This document shows, one piece after another, positions 48,801 to 61,197 of a stretch of 64,000 nucleotides of DNA (position 1 is its first letter; every line of letters starts with the position of its first letter). The DNA is from Neoechinorhynchus agilis (Eukaryota > Animalia > Acanthocephala), in NCBI GenBank assembly GCA_051530055.1, contig CM121343.1, forward strand, positions 7,038,389 to 7,102,388, read 5' to 3'. The notes below the pieces were generated by a model. The model made no database searches. It was not told the origin of the DNA and saw only the letters and a program-made list of their open reading frames with translations. A program made the translations under genes and the position numbers.

Positions 48801-49753
48801 GTATCTTTTCCCCCGAAGATAATAATGCAAGACTTCCAAATTTTGTTTTGCTTTTAAATAAGTAGAATCTGCTATGCACGGCAGGAATCCGATGATAGAA
48901 GGATGTTCATGGGCGGAGTTTGGATACAATAATGGGTTGGACACAGACGAATGGTCCTATGAAGTTTTATCCTGTAAGTAAATTTCAGACAACTACTTCT
49001 CACATAACTTTAGCTGAACCTTCAAGTGGATCTTTTTGTCCATTTTCCGGTCGATTTGTGATGACGCAGATATTTCCTCGAATGGCAAAATTAAAGCCAC
49101 GTATACGATCGGCGCATATCGAAGAGCTATTCAGCATTGGGTGGCCGCATGAGTGTCCCGAATACGGCAAACGTGATTTGTTAACATCATGCGACACTAT
49201 AAATAACAAAGCATTACTGATCAACATTGATTACTGTGATGAATTAGACACCCATGGTTCAAATTTGAATCTCCATGGTTAGCTAAATATGATAATCCAA
49301 TCAGACTGAAATATTGATTTCTCCACGTAGAACTAGTTGATTATTCATGGGAATGCGTAAGTTATTGGAGAGAAAATTCTAGATCCTTCTTGATTACACA
49401 TGATCGATATGAAGCTGAAAGTTTAAGGTTACGATGTTGGGTAATCACAAATCTTATGTATTATTATGTCTAAAGTATTCTTTATAAAGGAATATACACG
49501 TACCAACATTAATACTTTAATCATAAAGAGGTGTATCCGAGGATGCTGCAATCGACCTGATGAAAATAATGCATCGAATTTTGATCTAATATTTCAATTG
49601 GTACACAAGGAACGAATCGGTGAGCTTTTTCCATCAAATCATTTCGTAAATCCCAAATCAGATGACAATTGCCCAATTTCCTTTGATGACGGATATCGTG
49701 GTACCGTCAGACGACCTTCAATTCAAGGTATTAACTTAGGAGTTTTGAAATAA
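45875..49753 (+). CDS. Uncharacterised multi-exon Cys-rich secreted/membrane protein (CxFPxxxxGxW / CPFxGxF modules)
   Basis: Hydrophobic N-terminus; SCLFPIFMHGTW, FCPFSGRF and DYSWECVSYWRENSRSFLITHD..LRCW resemble conserved uncharacterised invertebrate proteins (recalled as DUF7042/7043/7044-type, unverified). Joining the exons into one gene is inferred. Confidence 0.55.
47361..47550. mobile_element. Foldback/MITE family E copy
   Basis: TGTTTTCTGGCGTAGAAATTAAA / TTTAATTTCTACGCCAGAAAACA arms continuing inward as an imperfect hairpin. Confidence 0.78.
48164..48801. mobile_element. MITE family J interrupted by a CRE insertion
   Basis: 29-bp perfect TIR at 48164-48192 and 48773-48801. Confidence 0.78.
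48287..48741 (+). mobile_element. Short 5'-inverted CRE retrotransposon insertion with a 13-bp TSD
   Basis: REL-domain peptide on both strands (FLPFGVETQGALG on -, LAIQRGNAVSV on +); AAATATGTAAATT at 48274-48286 and 48742-48754. Confidence 0.82.
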
Positions 49754-49816
49754 AGCATTAATTAGTTTTATCTTATGTCTTACTTGCCATTATTACATTG
49801 TTGATTATTTTCATTC

Positions 49817-50038
49817 GGCACACAAACCTACCGATCTGGGTAAGGGAAGTGATTGAATCACTTAAACCCTTAACCGCACGGTTATGAGTTTTTTAAATCT
49901 TTCCGAATCCTCAGATACCTCCCGAGGAGGCGGGACTCATCTGTGAGTTTCCTCCCGACGCTTATGGACTTTGAACTGTTTTGACCCTAAAACGGGGATT
50001 CGGGACCCATGTCCTTTAGCCCACCTCGACACTACTAC
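49817..50038 (-). mobile_element. SINE family G copy (inverted, with tRNA-like head)
   Basis: Reverse complement matches the 32440 head and the 50181-50412 body. Confidence 0.65.
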
Positions 50039-50180
50039 GGAATGTACAAACTCTGCCAGTTTCTAATTTTGGGCCAATTACTAAATTATTTTATCTGTTG
50101 AAGTATGGCTAGCCGGCTACATTTATTTTTCTATGTGTTGAAGTGAGCATCGTTACTCAGTTTATTTTCCTTTGGCATAC

Positions 50181-50412
50181 GAATCCCTGTTTTAGGGTCA
50201 AAGGGTTCAAAATCCATTATCGCCCATGAAGCACAGCCAAATGGAACAATATACTGCTAAGTGGGGGAAACTCACTGATGAGTCCCTCCTCCTCGGGAGG
50301 CATCTGAGAATCCGGAGAGATTCGTAAAAACTTATAACCGCATGGTTCAGCAGGGTATTAAGCGTGATTTTATGTGCTTCCCTTCTCCAAAGTATCGGTT
50401 GGCTTTGTGCCC
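50181..50412 (+). mobile_element. SINE family G copy (5'-truncated)
   Basis: GAATCCCTGTTTTAGGGTCAAAGGGTT..GGAAACTCACTGATGAG shared with the other copies. Confidence 0.65.
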
Positions 50413-50860
50413 AATGAACAAAATCAGCCGTGTAATGATGGCCACTTCAACATTTAATGAATCATTAATGTTCAAATAGAACACGGATCGGCATGGAAGC
50501 ACAAATACTGCTAGAAAGACTTTTCTGCTAAAGTTGGTTGTTTAACTTTGACCTTTCACCATGAGACATAAATGAATATAAGTTGAAATTGGATATGCCG
50601 TTGAAATTTGGGTGGATAGTATGATTGTTTTTGTGACGTTTCTCACCCAGACATTTATTTGATCGAATTTTCGAGACTCGCTGGTCTCCTCTTCAGGTGT
50701 TGCCAACATCTAAAACACAAACAAGCGTTCGCTCAACATCAATTTACGTTTTGATCAGTTTCTTTGGAAATGCAGTTTGTCTTCGAATATTTCAATAACT
50801 TCAAACCGACTACGTTTACAGCGAAAAATTCATTCCGTAGAGCTACTAAATATACAGTCC

Positions 50861-50983
50861 AATTACACTTTCGGTGAGAACAAACTTGCGAAACAACGGC
50901 TGAAGAGGCGAGGATACCTCGTGAAATATTTCGAATAAATAAAATATGTAATGACCGGGACTATTCTCACCGAAAGTGTAATT
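50861..50983. mobile_element. MITE family F copy
   Basis: 20-bp perfect TIR AATTACACTTTCGGTGAGAA / TTCTCACCGAAAGTGTAATT; interior GAGGCGAGG.TACCTCG.GAAATATTTC shared with 8206-8364. Confidence 0.75.
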
Positions 50984-51220
50984 TTATTATCCCGAAGGAC
51001 TTTCTATCGATGATACAGTCAAATTGTTCTCCTATTCGTGAAATATAGCTTAATTTGTGAAATGATCTTGTTAAGAAGGACCGATATTAAGATCAGCTGT
51101 TTGTAATTTTGTAAACATTTAATGATTTCAGCCCTCTCATCATAATGATTTTACCAATTAACTCATTTAAAAATTTCTTATATTTACCTTTACACTAAGA
51201 ATGTACAAACGCTAAGTGTT

Positions 51221-52252
51221 TCACACTGCATCCATGCAGTCACTGATGGAAGCTTCATGAACGGGAAAGTACAACCTATCTATGAGCTCATTAAGTTGTT
51301 CATTCACCCCTATATCTTCGATGATGAATTTGATTTCATCACGAGTTGCTTCACATTCATTCTTGGTATATTCCAAGGAATGAAAATCTTCCATTAGTTG
51401 AACACAATAGCTTTTAAGTTCAACATCATTCGTGTGCTGTTTGAGTATATTAACTATCCTTGTATCCCTTTCTTTGGTATTGATAGCATGGATAACAGGA
51501 AGAGTAAATTTTCCTTCAGTTATACTCTCAGCGAAATCTTTACCGGATTCATGAAACCCACAACTTAAATTTAGATAATCCGCTCTGTATTGTAGGAATA
51601 TCGCGAGTTCCCGAATAAGTTGGTCTAAGCTTTCAACAATATGTCGGCTAAAGTATTTCATAAGTTCTATTGGAATTGTTAACAGCGATCCGATTTTATT
51701 GCAAATCATAATTCGGTATTCATCTTCCGTTGGGCAAACGCAGGACTCTCTCCACCATATTTCGATGCCTTGCCCTTGATAATGCTTCAACATTTGTTCT
51801 AAATAAGGAAATTTAACGCACACAAATTGGAAGCTGACTTAAACACCGTACCTGTGAACATTTCCGTCGACCCTGGGCATTTCAATTCATTTATGATGGC
51901 AAGGGCCTTAAATAAGGCGACGTTACTTGCATTTATGGTCAAAGGGGAACTATAGATTTTATTGGCCACAGGAAATCCGCACCTAAGAGTAGACGAATCC
52001 TGAATATCATCAATTAGCATTACTGAGCAGCAAATTAGATCAAATGCTTTTGCTATCGATTCGATTATCACATCGGGAACTTCGAACCAGCTATTAAAGG
52101 CATCAATATATTTACGTCTATTCTCAGTTCCGGGTAATGTTAGTGCATAATCGATGGGTTCGTGAAGAAACTGTTGCTAATAACATTTAATTTAAAGTTC
52201 ATTCGAATGCCCTTACCGAATATTCTTCAGACGGCTCGTCTCTGTCTGACAT
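51221..52252 (-). CDS. GGPS1: Geranylgeranyl diphosphate synthase-like protein (divergent motifs)
   Basis: Three exons: LHEP..LPG, AFNSW..VP, LIDDIQDSS.LRCG.P, QGQGIEIWWR..CPTEDEY, TEGKFTLPVIHAI; colinear with animal GGPS1. Confidence 0.9.
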
Positions 52253-52572
52253 ACCAATTCCGACTAGAAACAATCTAATGAAAAGCAGAAACTATGATCG
52301 CATTTGGTCATTAAATAATAAAACCGTTATCCACGGCATAATTCCCAAATGCATACTGCATCACAGGATCTTTCGGAAGATGCAGAATGTGTTTCTGACT
52401 CCGCTTGGGGTTATACGAGCGACTGTCATCCGGGAATTATACGGAGACGAAAAGTGTGCCTTCTCGTCGTAACTCGAGCGACACTTGGTATTGACAACGA
52501 GGTTTAGAATAAGTCTTGGACCTATGAAGACTGAAGATGGTCATGTAATTTCCAAAACGAATCAGTTTTATT

Positions 52573-53362
52573 TCAGTCCATGTTAATCTGTATATCCTTT
52601 TCAACTTGTACGATATGAGAAATCTGCTGATTATCAATACATGCTTTGACAAACTCTTCTTCGCTGATTGAGTTATTACCATCTGCATCCATCACCTTCA
52701 GTAGCTCCTGCGAAATTTCCCTAGCATCATCGTCCGGTAAATGTTCAAAGAAGAAGGACTTTACAATGTTAAAAAGCTCTTCCCCATCAATATCACCATT
52801 TCCGTCAAGATCAGCGGTATTAAATAAAAGCTTTAATGGCGGTACTCCTAATTACTTCTGGTAACTGGAAATACTGCCATTAAGAGTACCGTTTTAGTCT
52901 GTCCTCAGGAGTTCCTTTCAAGGCAATATCCATCTCAGAAATGAACGTATTTATGTCCACTAGGCGTTTTTCGTTGCTTTTATACGAATTGAGCAATAGG
53001 TGAATGAAGTGACGTTCACCGCTGCTATTCGCAACCAGTTTATTTAGTCTTGTAAGTCCTCCTTTTTTAAGGCGATGATCTTGGAAACAATTAGAATAGG
53101 CAGCGATAAGCTGCATCAATTCTTTAATATCGAATCTGTGTTGAACCTTTACCTCACTGAGCGGAATAATTTTTGCTGGCTTTGATTCATATTCCTCTGT
53201 TGGCCGGTCAGCGAAGCTCTTGAACTTGAAAGTGCGATTACCCATTGTTAGAAAAACGTGAGTGTTTGTGTTGGCTTTAACGTTAGTTGAAACCGTACCG
53301 ATATATGTAGCTAGTGTTTTCGAGCTCCGAGCTTGCCGTAAATTTACATTGGAGAAAAACAA
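52573..53362 (-). CDS. EF-hand calcium sensor (calcineurin B/calaxin/NCS-like)
   Basis: KGTPEDRLK, then canonical loops DLDGNGDIDGEE and DADGNNSISEEE in a second exon; 5' end uncertain. Confidence 0.72.
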
Positions 53363-54284
53363 CTGCGGTGAATCGTGGAAAGTAACATTGTTCCATTAAT
53401 TTCGAATTTCTGTATTTGCTCCAATAAGAAGATCCAATTCAACATAAAGCGCTCCTTTCCAACAAGTTCTACATAAAGTTTTTACGGAATCTATAGTCAA
53501 GAAACGTTCCATGGAAATCTAAGAGATTTTGATATTCTCAAAGAGTCACGTTCCTGATGTTGAACTCCCCAAGAGGATCTAGTAACGTTGTTGAACCTTG
53601 GAAGTGGTGAAATCGATTTGTGGAAACAATAGGGGTTATTCTCCCATTTCCCCAATTCAATCCACGACTGCAATTTAACATTGTGTCAACACTGTGCCCG
53701 GTGGATAAAATGTCTTGGTGTCTATTATGCGCTGTAGATCATCCAAAATCTAATTGTTAAGGTCCGGACAATGCAAAATGTAATCAAAACCATAGTGATT
53801 ATACCCGAAATTGCATTGAAAGTTAGACGGATTTTGCGAAAAATGGACAAGGAACCACGCAAATAGCAGTGAGTTTATTTTGTGTGCCTATAAGGAAGCG
53901 CTACATCTCCAACAACTCAGGAAAGAAAATCTATTGTTGCCAAATGAAATAAACAAACTTAATTCGATTATAGTAAACCTCTTAAAGGTATCAAAAAATG
54001 AGAAAGTGATAATGAAGATTTTCGATATGCCGCACTAGTCCGCTACAGATAAACAACTATTCTCAGTAACAATCCAACCACCTCCTTAAATAGTGGTCAA
54101 GAGGACTACAATGTTCTATAACAAAAAATTAAACCCGGAACTTCTTTTTCAATAAGAAGTAGAGATATACGCAATGCAACATTTTTAAAACAATAATTGT
54201 TTATGGCACCCATTCCTCTTTCATATTATACTCTTGAAAAAAAGCGATCTTACAAAGCCGAACAATCCCTGGATTATAATAACA

Positions 54285-56470
54285 CGATTATTGTTTAACA
54301 AATACAAAGAATAGGACCCACGTACCTTTAGGTCATCATAAGCACTCGAGTTAAGATTTGTTAAAAAATAATAAATTCGGATCCGTTCGGGTGGAATTGT
54401 CCGGTCGGAGGATGTCCGTTCGGGTGTAGATTGACGGATATTGTTTGCAGGAGAATTTATGAGGTTGGGTATTTCCTCAGATTCATTTGAGGTAATGATA
54501 TCCGAGAAGATTGGGCAGCGTGGAAAAAGGAGCGGAGGTAGAGTAGGATGAAAGGAATTAGGATTACGAGTGTTGTGCTCGTGTGAAAATGGGAATAAAA
54601 TGTTGTAAAAATTGTGGTCGTAGCGTTTAGAGGCGTTTGGATTTTTTTATGAAAATTTTATAAAAGTATTCGGTGAGAGAAGGAAAGTCAGCTGTATAGG
54701 CGATGGATTTGTGATTTGGGTGAGTTGCAAAAGACGGGGTAACCGTAGGTGAGGACGGGTAACATAAAGCTGAAGTAAAATTTGGAGAGATCGGGTGAAG
54801 GGATTCCTAAATGTCGGAGGCGTTTGAGGAGATAAATTTTAATGGTATTGCGCTTGAGAAAAAGTGCAATGTGCGAGTTCCGTTTCAGAACTGATTGACA
54901 TTGGAGACCCAGAATTCTGAGCGAGGTCAATCGTCAAATACCATTTGGAAGCTCGAAGTAGGATGCGGGGTTGCAGGAGAATGAAGGGATAATTTCGAAG
55001 CATTCAGGGTAGATCAGGTAGAGTTTGTGATTGTTGGAGAAATCTTTTATGTGTGTGATTTCGTTAGATGGTAAGGAGGAAGTGTAAGTTGTGGGAGTGA
55101 TAGTTTGTGTAGTCTGAAGTGGGGTGTGGTTGCAATTTGAATCAAGGCAAAAGTTCTAATTTGTTGAGTTTAGGACATGTTTCAGTTCAGAATGGGACAA
55201 ATTAGGGAAGGGATCAGGGTTGCATAGACCAAGAGGGTCCTTAGCGGCTCATCACCACGTTAGATTGCAGCCTAAGCGAATTTCGGAGAAAGGTAAGTTT
55301 TTGCAAGCATCGAGTATTTTGTTAGTTAGTGCTGTTTGTAGACGGGGAAAGTCTAGGCGGTTATTGCGGTGTACCTCAGAAGTTTGGTTTTTAAGGAGTT
55401 TCAAGGTGGGTCGCGGTTGGAGATTCTAATGAAATTCTTGGGAATTGTCGAAGTTAGGGATTTTTTATGATTGAAGCAAGGGAGGACATGATCAAGGAAG
55501 GGTCATTAGTGTTGCCAGAGTGGAATGTGCGGATATTAGAGTTGAACAATTTTATAAAATTGTAGATGTAGTGATTACGTTTATCCCAGACGGATAAACG
55601 GGGAGATTTTATACGCTGAGATTGGTGGAGGGAGTGATAAGGGCAGAAGAGTGGTCAGAGTTCGCGGAGGGATTTTAGAGTCGGATGCGTAGGTGTCGAT
55701 ATTTGTGAAGAGTAATCCTCTGTAATTAAGAAATGATATGAATTTATGGAGTTTATGAGCTCCATCATGAAATCAAGTTGGTTCAAAGAGCACTCAGTTA
55801 CGCCAGCAATTATGAATTTTCTAAGACCATTTCATAGAGGAGCTGGGAAATGGATGACGATGAATTCTAGATCGGAGTTTTGTAGAGAGCCGGTGAGAGA
55901 TAAATCGTATGGTAGCGATTGTCGTACGTAAATTGAGATCCCCCTCCTGGGCGGTCATCGCGCGGAAGAGTGTCCGGGAAAGATTGCTGAATTATTGTTG
56001 AAGGGGGTAAGCCACGTGTCTACCTGTGAGGAAGATGAAATGAGTGAAATTTCATCCAGTTTAGGAAGGAAGCTACGAGTATTGGAGTAGAAAACGGTAA
56101 GGAAGGGAATTTTGGATTTCGGAAAATCGGGGGCGGATGTGAGGGACATTGGGGTTGCGTTGTTCGTTGCGGGTGGTGGACTAAGGGGGAATCATTGCAT
56201 GTGATTGGTAATGATAGATGCGAGTTTTGAATTGAGAATTAATGTAGATCAGCTAGAATTGGAGGGGTTGATTTATAGTATCTTTGAGTAGAGGTTGAGT
56301 GATAATTATTTACTTGTTTTGAGATAAAGAGAGTGCTTAATGTGGAACAGCTGGGAGATTGACCTTTGTGGCTATTCGGGCGCCGGTGGAGTTGCACGTA
56401 GTTAAAGAAGTTGAAGAGTCGCTTACTCTTTGAGTTTTTGGGATGTGGAGCATGTTCGAGGGTGCTAACT
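54285..56470 (-). mobile_element. Internally deleted APE-type LINE (endonuclease remnant, RT C-terminus, 3'UTR)
   Basis: FYSNTRSFLPKLDEI (APE start), YLLKRLR..LPVLTYGYPVF, terminal stem-loop. Confidence 0.82.
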
Positions 56471-57031
56471 AAAAGTGAATGATTATATTGGTAAGATGAT
56501 TTGCTTTTTTCCATTCGTTCAGATGTTTTTCGTCGACCTTTTGTTCGACCGTAGCTTTCTTAGTAGTTACTTCAGCTGGATCGCCTTTTATCCCAGTCAA
56601 AATATCAGACTCCTCCACAGTAATATTGGAATCATAAAGCACTACAGGCTGAATATCCTCTAAGGGTGGTACCAAGTCCCTAGTAAAAGTCAAAATATTC
56701 GCATTCTTTAGAACACCATTCATTTCCAGCAAATCGTCGTTTGAGTTTGCCATATTGATGGCATCTACCAAAACCTTATTCTCCTTTGTGGTAGTTTCAC
56801 TATCCGATTTCAGTAAACCTTTAGCCTGTTTCTTAGAATTCACCTTTGAAACCTTTGTCTGCCTCTTTGAGCATTTAGTTTTTCCCTTTGTGCTTTTTGA
56901 TTTCGATCAACTGTTCATTTTAAATAGCTTCCACTTCGCACTAAATATCCTCCGATTATATATCTTTAACTGTGTTCATTGTTTCGTAAATTTTATTACA
57001 CTTTTTGTTGCACACACAACAACAAAACGTT

Positions 57032-60000
57032 TAAACAATCACCACCGACCGCGAAGAAGAGGCATCGCTCTCCCCGCAGTGGTCACGACCACACTCGCTA
57101 CGTTTCCTCTTTGGATCGCGAGACCAATGTTTTGGCGTAGGAAGGCACCGGCTCTTGTGTTTCCAGTCTTGGCTTGGCGTCCACTTGATAACTCGTTCGT
57201 AAATCCAAGTGCCGAGCTATCGAGCGCACCAAGAGTCTCCACTCCAAAGGGTACAAAAACGTGAGACCTACATAATTCTCTATATCTCGCCACCTTTCGG
57301 TCCTCCGCGGCAGTAGCCGCTTCCCCTGGGGACTGCTCCACAAACCTCCTGTTACTTGCCGCGAACGTGTCCACACACGTGGCGTCCCAGAGAAGACATT
57401 TGCCTTCTCGCCATGAGAATACGGTGAGACCATCCGGACAACGACCATCTAGCCTGCACAGGTTGCTTGGCTCTAAAATGTTTGGGATGTTCACCGTATT
57501 TAGGGCACGCGAAATTACATCGTTCAATTCAGCATGCCGTGAGAAACAACCCCCTGATTTGTTGCAAACAAGACCGTGTCTACCCAGTGGATCCACGATC
57601 ATTCCACACTTGCGACAATGTTCGACACAAATCGGTAGACATAATCTGAGGGACACTCCGATCCGAACTGCTTCATCTACGAGGAGTGTTCCCACGGATG
57701 CAATGGGTAGGGCCTCTAACCATGCTCCCGATTCTCTTGTAGAGACTGCCAGCAATCTAGCCGGTCGACCTCGTCGCGAGAGCTTGAAATTAGAGAACTA
57801 TGAGCTCGAGCGACTAAAGATTTATCCCAGATGGGCTGCTTTAGGCCCTTCTCCGACCATTCCTGGACTGCTACTGGTCCCAATATACGTTTTACCAGAT
57901 CCTGACTCCCTTCGAATGATCCTAAAAACGCGGGCAACGACACGTCTACTGTTTTTCGATTACCCAAGGCACCGGACGATACAGGCAATAAAGCTTGTCG
58001 TCAGGCCTCGTTTGATAGCTGGATATTTAAATGTGCCCGAGACACGCATTCACAATGTCATCGAGCTTCTTTAACTTATCGACGTGCTTGAAGAACGAAG
58101 CCGTACGGAGTTTACAAGGGAGTTTCGGGATGAAGAGGGTATTCTTGATCAGGAATAGATCCTCGTGTGACGAAAGTTCCTGGACTCTATCGCACAGCAT
58201 CGTGATGTTCGGGAGTAGATGGTCGATTTCATTTTCCACGTTGGAATTAAAAACGCAGCTCCCTAGAAGACTCAGCCGGTCTAGAGTGATCAATTCTAAA
58301 CCGCGTGCCAGATTTCTAAAACCTTTGACGATTTCGCTCTGCGCTGACTCTTCTTCGATGTTCATTACCAACAGTTCGCATTTCCCTGCATTAAGCTCAA
58401 AGCCCAATCTCGCAGTCTCCCTTACGAGTGTCTCCAGATCGCGCAGTACTACGGAGGGATCACCTCCGGGCGTGGCGTCATCCAGGTACCAAGCGTTAAA
58501 GCTGGACTGGAGAGAGTGCGCTATTGAATTCACTGCAAGGGAGAAAGCGATTGAACCGAGAGGGTCTCCCTGCTGTACTCCTATTTCAGACCAAATTAGG
58601 TGGTCATTGAAGAGCAAATGAGTCTGGATCCCGTATGCGTTGCGAAAATAAGGAAAAGCTTCTGATGTGTGACTTTTGAGTGCCTCAAACAGAGCGGTAC
58701 GGTGAGTGGAATTGAAGGCATTTGTAAAGTCGCACTTCAAAATCACACACGGCGTTGAACTATTTGTGATGAACTGGCGGAGTGCGTGGATAATGGCCTC
58801 GTACCCGTATGGTGTGCAGCATCCCAGTTGGACTGGGCGAAGTTGCTGCCCAATCCCTTCTGCAATACGCTTGCAAAGGATTTTACCTGCGAGCCGACGT
58901 AGAGCAGAGCCAACGGCGATAAAACGAATCCCACCAGTCTTTTTGTTCAAAGCGCACAAAGATGCGCCAAAAAATAACTCAATTGCCCGCGGGTGTAAAT
59001 TTTCCTCGATGAAAAGGTCGACTAGTCGACAAAGATGGGTAGCAAGGGAGTTGCCTGCATCTCCAACTGAGAACGACATCATATCCTTTAGGTGCTGAGG
59101 ACGAAGCCCATCGAGGCCATGGCCAGACCCATTCGCGAAGGAGGATATACCCATTCTCAGTTCAACTGTCAAAGTGGAGTGTCTTTGAGGGACGGAACAT
59201 GTTGAAATTTCTGTTTGGGTTGAACTTTGCGGATGCTTCAACTTGAAACTCTGAAGTGTGGAGGGCGAATCACTTGCAAATGTATCAGAGAATGACAAAA
59301 TACGGACTGCTCCCAGAACATCTCCATCAGCGAGTTTTGAAGATACACGCTCAGCAAGCGGTCTCTTAGATGTTCGATGGCAGTTAGTTTCATTCGCACG
59401 TTGTTTGGGATCTTCCTTTGCTAAACGACGAATGCTCAAGAAACTTTCCTCGAAGGATACAAACTCCTCCGAACTGTCGTCAGCAGAATGTACTACTCTG
59501 GGGAAAGCAAAGAGCCGTGTCCAAGAGGACTGAATTTTGCTCGAGGCAGTCCAGCAGAAGTCTGGTGAATTCTTTAGCTACTAGATGTCGTGCGTCCTTT
59601 GGGATCCGTTTCAGAATGTTCCTATGAAGAACACGCTCGAGATCAGCAGCGGAAGGAAGACTGCCGGCGTCATCGGGAAGCGTCGACGGATTTTCTGGTG
59701 TTGCCGGTTGAAGCGGTAGCGGGATTTGACCAGATCCCCCACAACGTGATTTGACGAGCCCATAAATGCGGAAAACCCCTAATTTCGTGATTGAAAAAGA
59801 GTCTAAACAAACGGGGCATATACCTATGGAGAGGCCTGGTGTCCCGGTAGCGTTGGGCGTTTTCTTAGTCTTTTCACTTGGCTCGTTTTGTGCGGGCAAG
59901 TTTCCGTCTTCATATTGTGGTCTAGCATCCAGGTTCCGAACGAAGCGAGGGGACGGCATCGGTGTAGTCGGTGAGTTTCAGTAACTCGTTCAAAGCACTT

Positions 60001-60099
60001 CTTTAGTGCAACATCGATAAGATTGGAATACTTGGCAAAATTCCGTTTATTGTTCATCAATTTGAGCAGAGAGAGTTGACGAGAGGGGGAAACGTGAGT
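57032..60099 (-). mobile_element. Near full-length CRE-clade non-LTR retrotransposon (Zn finger, RT, REL endonuclease), frameshifted
   Basis: CPVC..RCGGSG, GPDG-like GLDGLRP, DFTNAFNS, GVQQGDPLGS, YLDD, RH..LND, PDG, WDATCVDT, PFGVETLG, IQRGN; candidate 8-bp TSD AAAACGTT at 57024 and 60100. Confidence 0.92.
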
Positions 60100-61197
60100 A
60101 AAACGTTAGCTTCCAATTATCGAGTGGATTAACACGAAGTTCGATTATCTATGTGACTTTTTAGCAAGTCCTAAGCACGCACCTGCACTAATTTTTGGAC
60201 TAATTATCTGGCGGTCATGTCACCATTCGGAAGCATTAATAACTCGTAAGGTGGATTTGTGGCACCAGGGGAGAATAGGACGTGTCGTTATCCGATCTAT
60301 AAATAGCAGTGAGCCCTCAATAAACTCCGTTTTAGACATGTCGATCCGCAGTTCAGAACCGCGAAAAGAGCACAGTAGCAAAGCTCCAATGAAACGATTG
60401 TATTGTCATTGCCAAAGAATCGAACCCATGCAATGCCCTTCTCAGGACCTAAAAAATCGCAATTTCAGTTAAAAAAATGTTAAATGCCCGATTTCAAAGG
60501 AAACGTTATCGCCGTCGACAATGCATTCTTCGGCGAAGCCACTAAAAAATCAGAAGCACTACCGGAAAAGATACGCCCGAGATTATCAGTAGAAGCATTA
60601 TCAAAGGACTAACCCATGAGCAGTTGAATTCAGCAAAAATGAAAAAGGATCTGTCGTTATTTCAAAAGAGCCAGAAACCTTCCGGCAGCCAAATGCTTCG
60701 CTGCGGTAACCACGGTGCCCAGCCGAGAATGCAGTCCGGTGGTACGCTAATCATGAAATTCTCCTTAGACGAAATGTCTGACCGTTAAAAAATAAAATAT
60801 TTTATTCAGGTAGTACGGTCAGTAGATTTAGTTAGGATCAACGATGAATGAACTCGCTACAGAATCCGACTACAATTCTTTAACTGTTCCGGAAGCCAAC
60901 ATTTACATTCTACATGATTTATCCACGTTGTATGGATGAGATTTGAAGGCAAATATTGTTTTAGAGCTTAAAATTAATATTATCATTATTAAAACTCACG
61001 CCTCATACAAAAAAATTAATAAGTAAACCATAGCGTTGTTGTGCTGCTGAACAGCGCGAGTACGTTTAAAATGGTGAACATTGCATACGTCACATTTTTA
61101 AATTCTTCCGTGTCTTACATACATTTCACCTTTCGCTTCTCCATGCGCAAATTTCTTTCTAGCAAACAATCGCAAATCGCCGTATTTTCCGATTCAA

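Noticed and set aside
56755-59984. Plus-strand ORFs (235, 196, 130 aa etc.) over the CRE element
   Set aside because: Antisense shadows of the retrotransposon coding sequence
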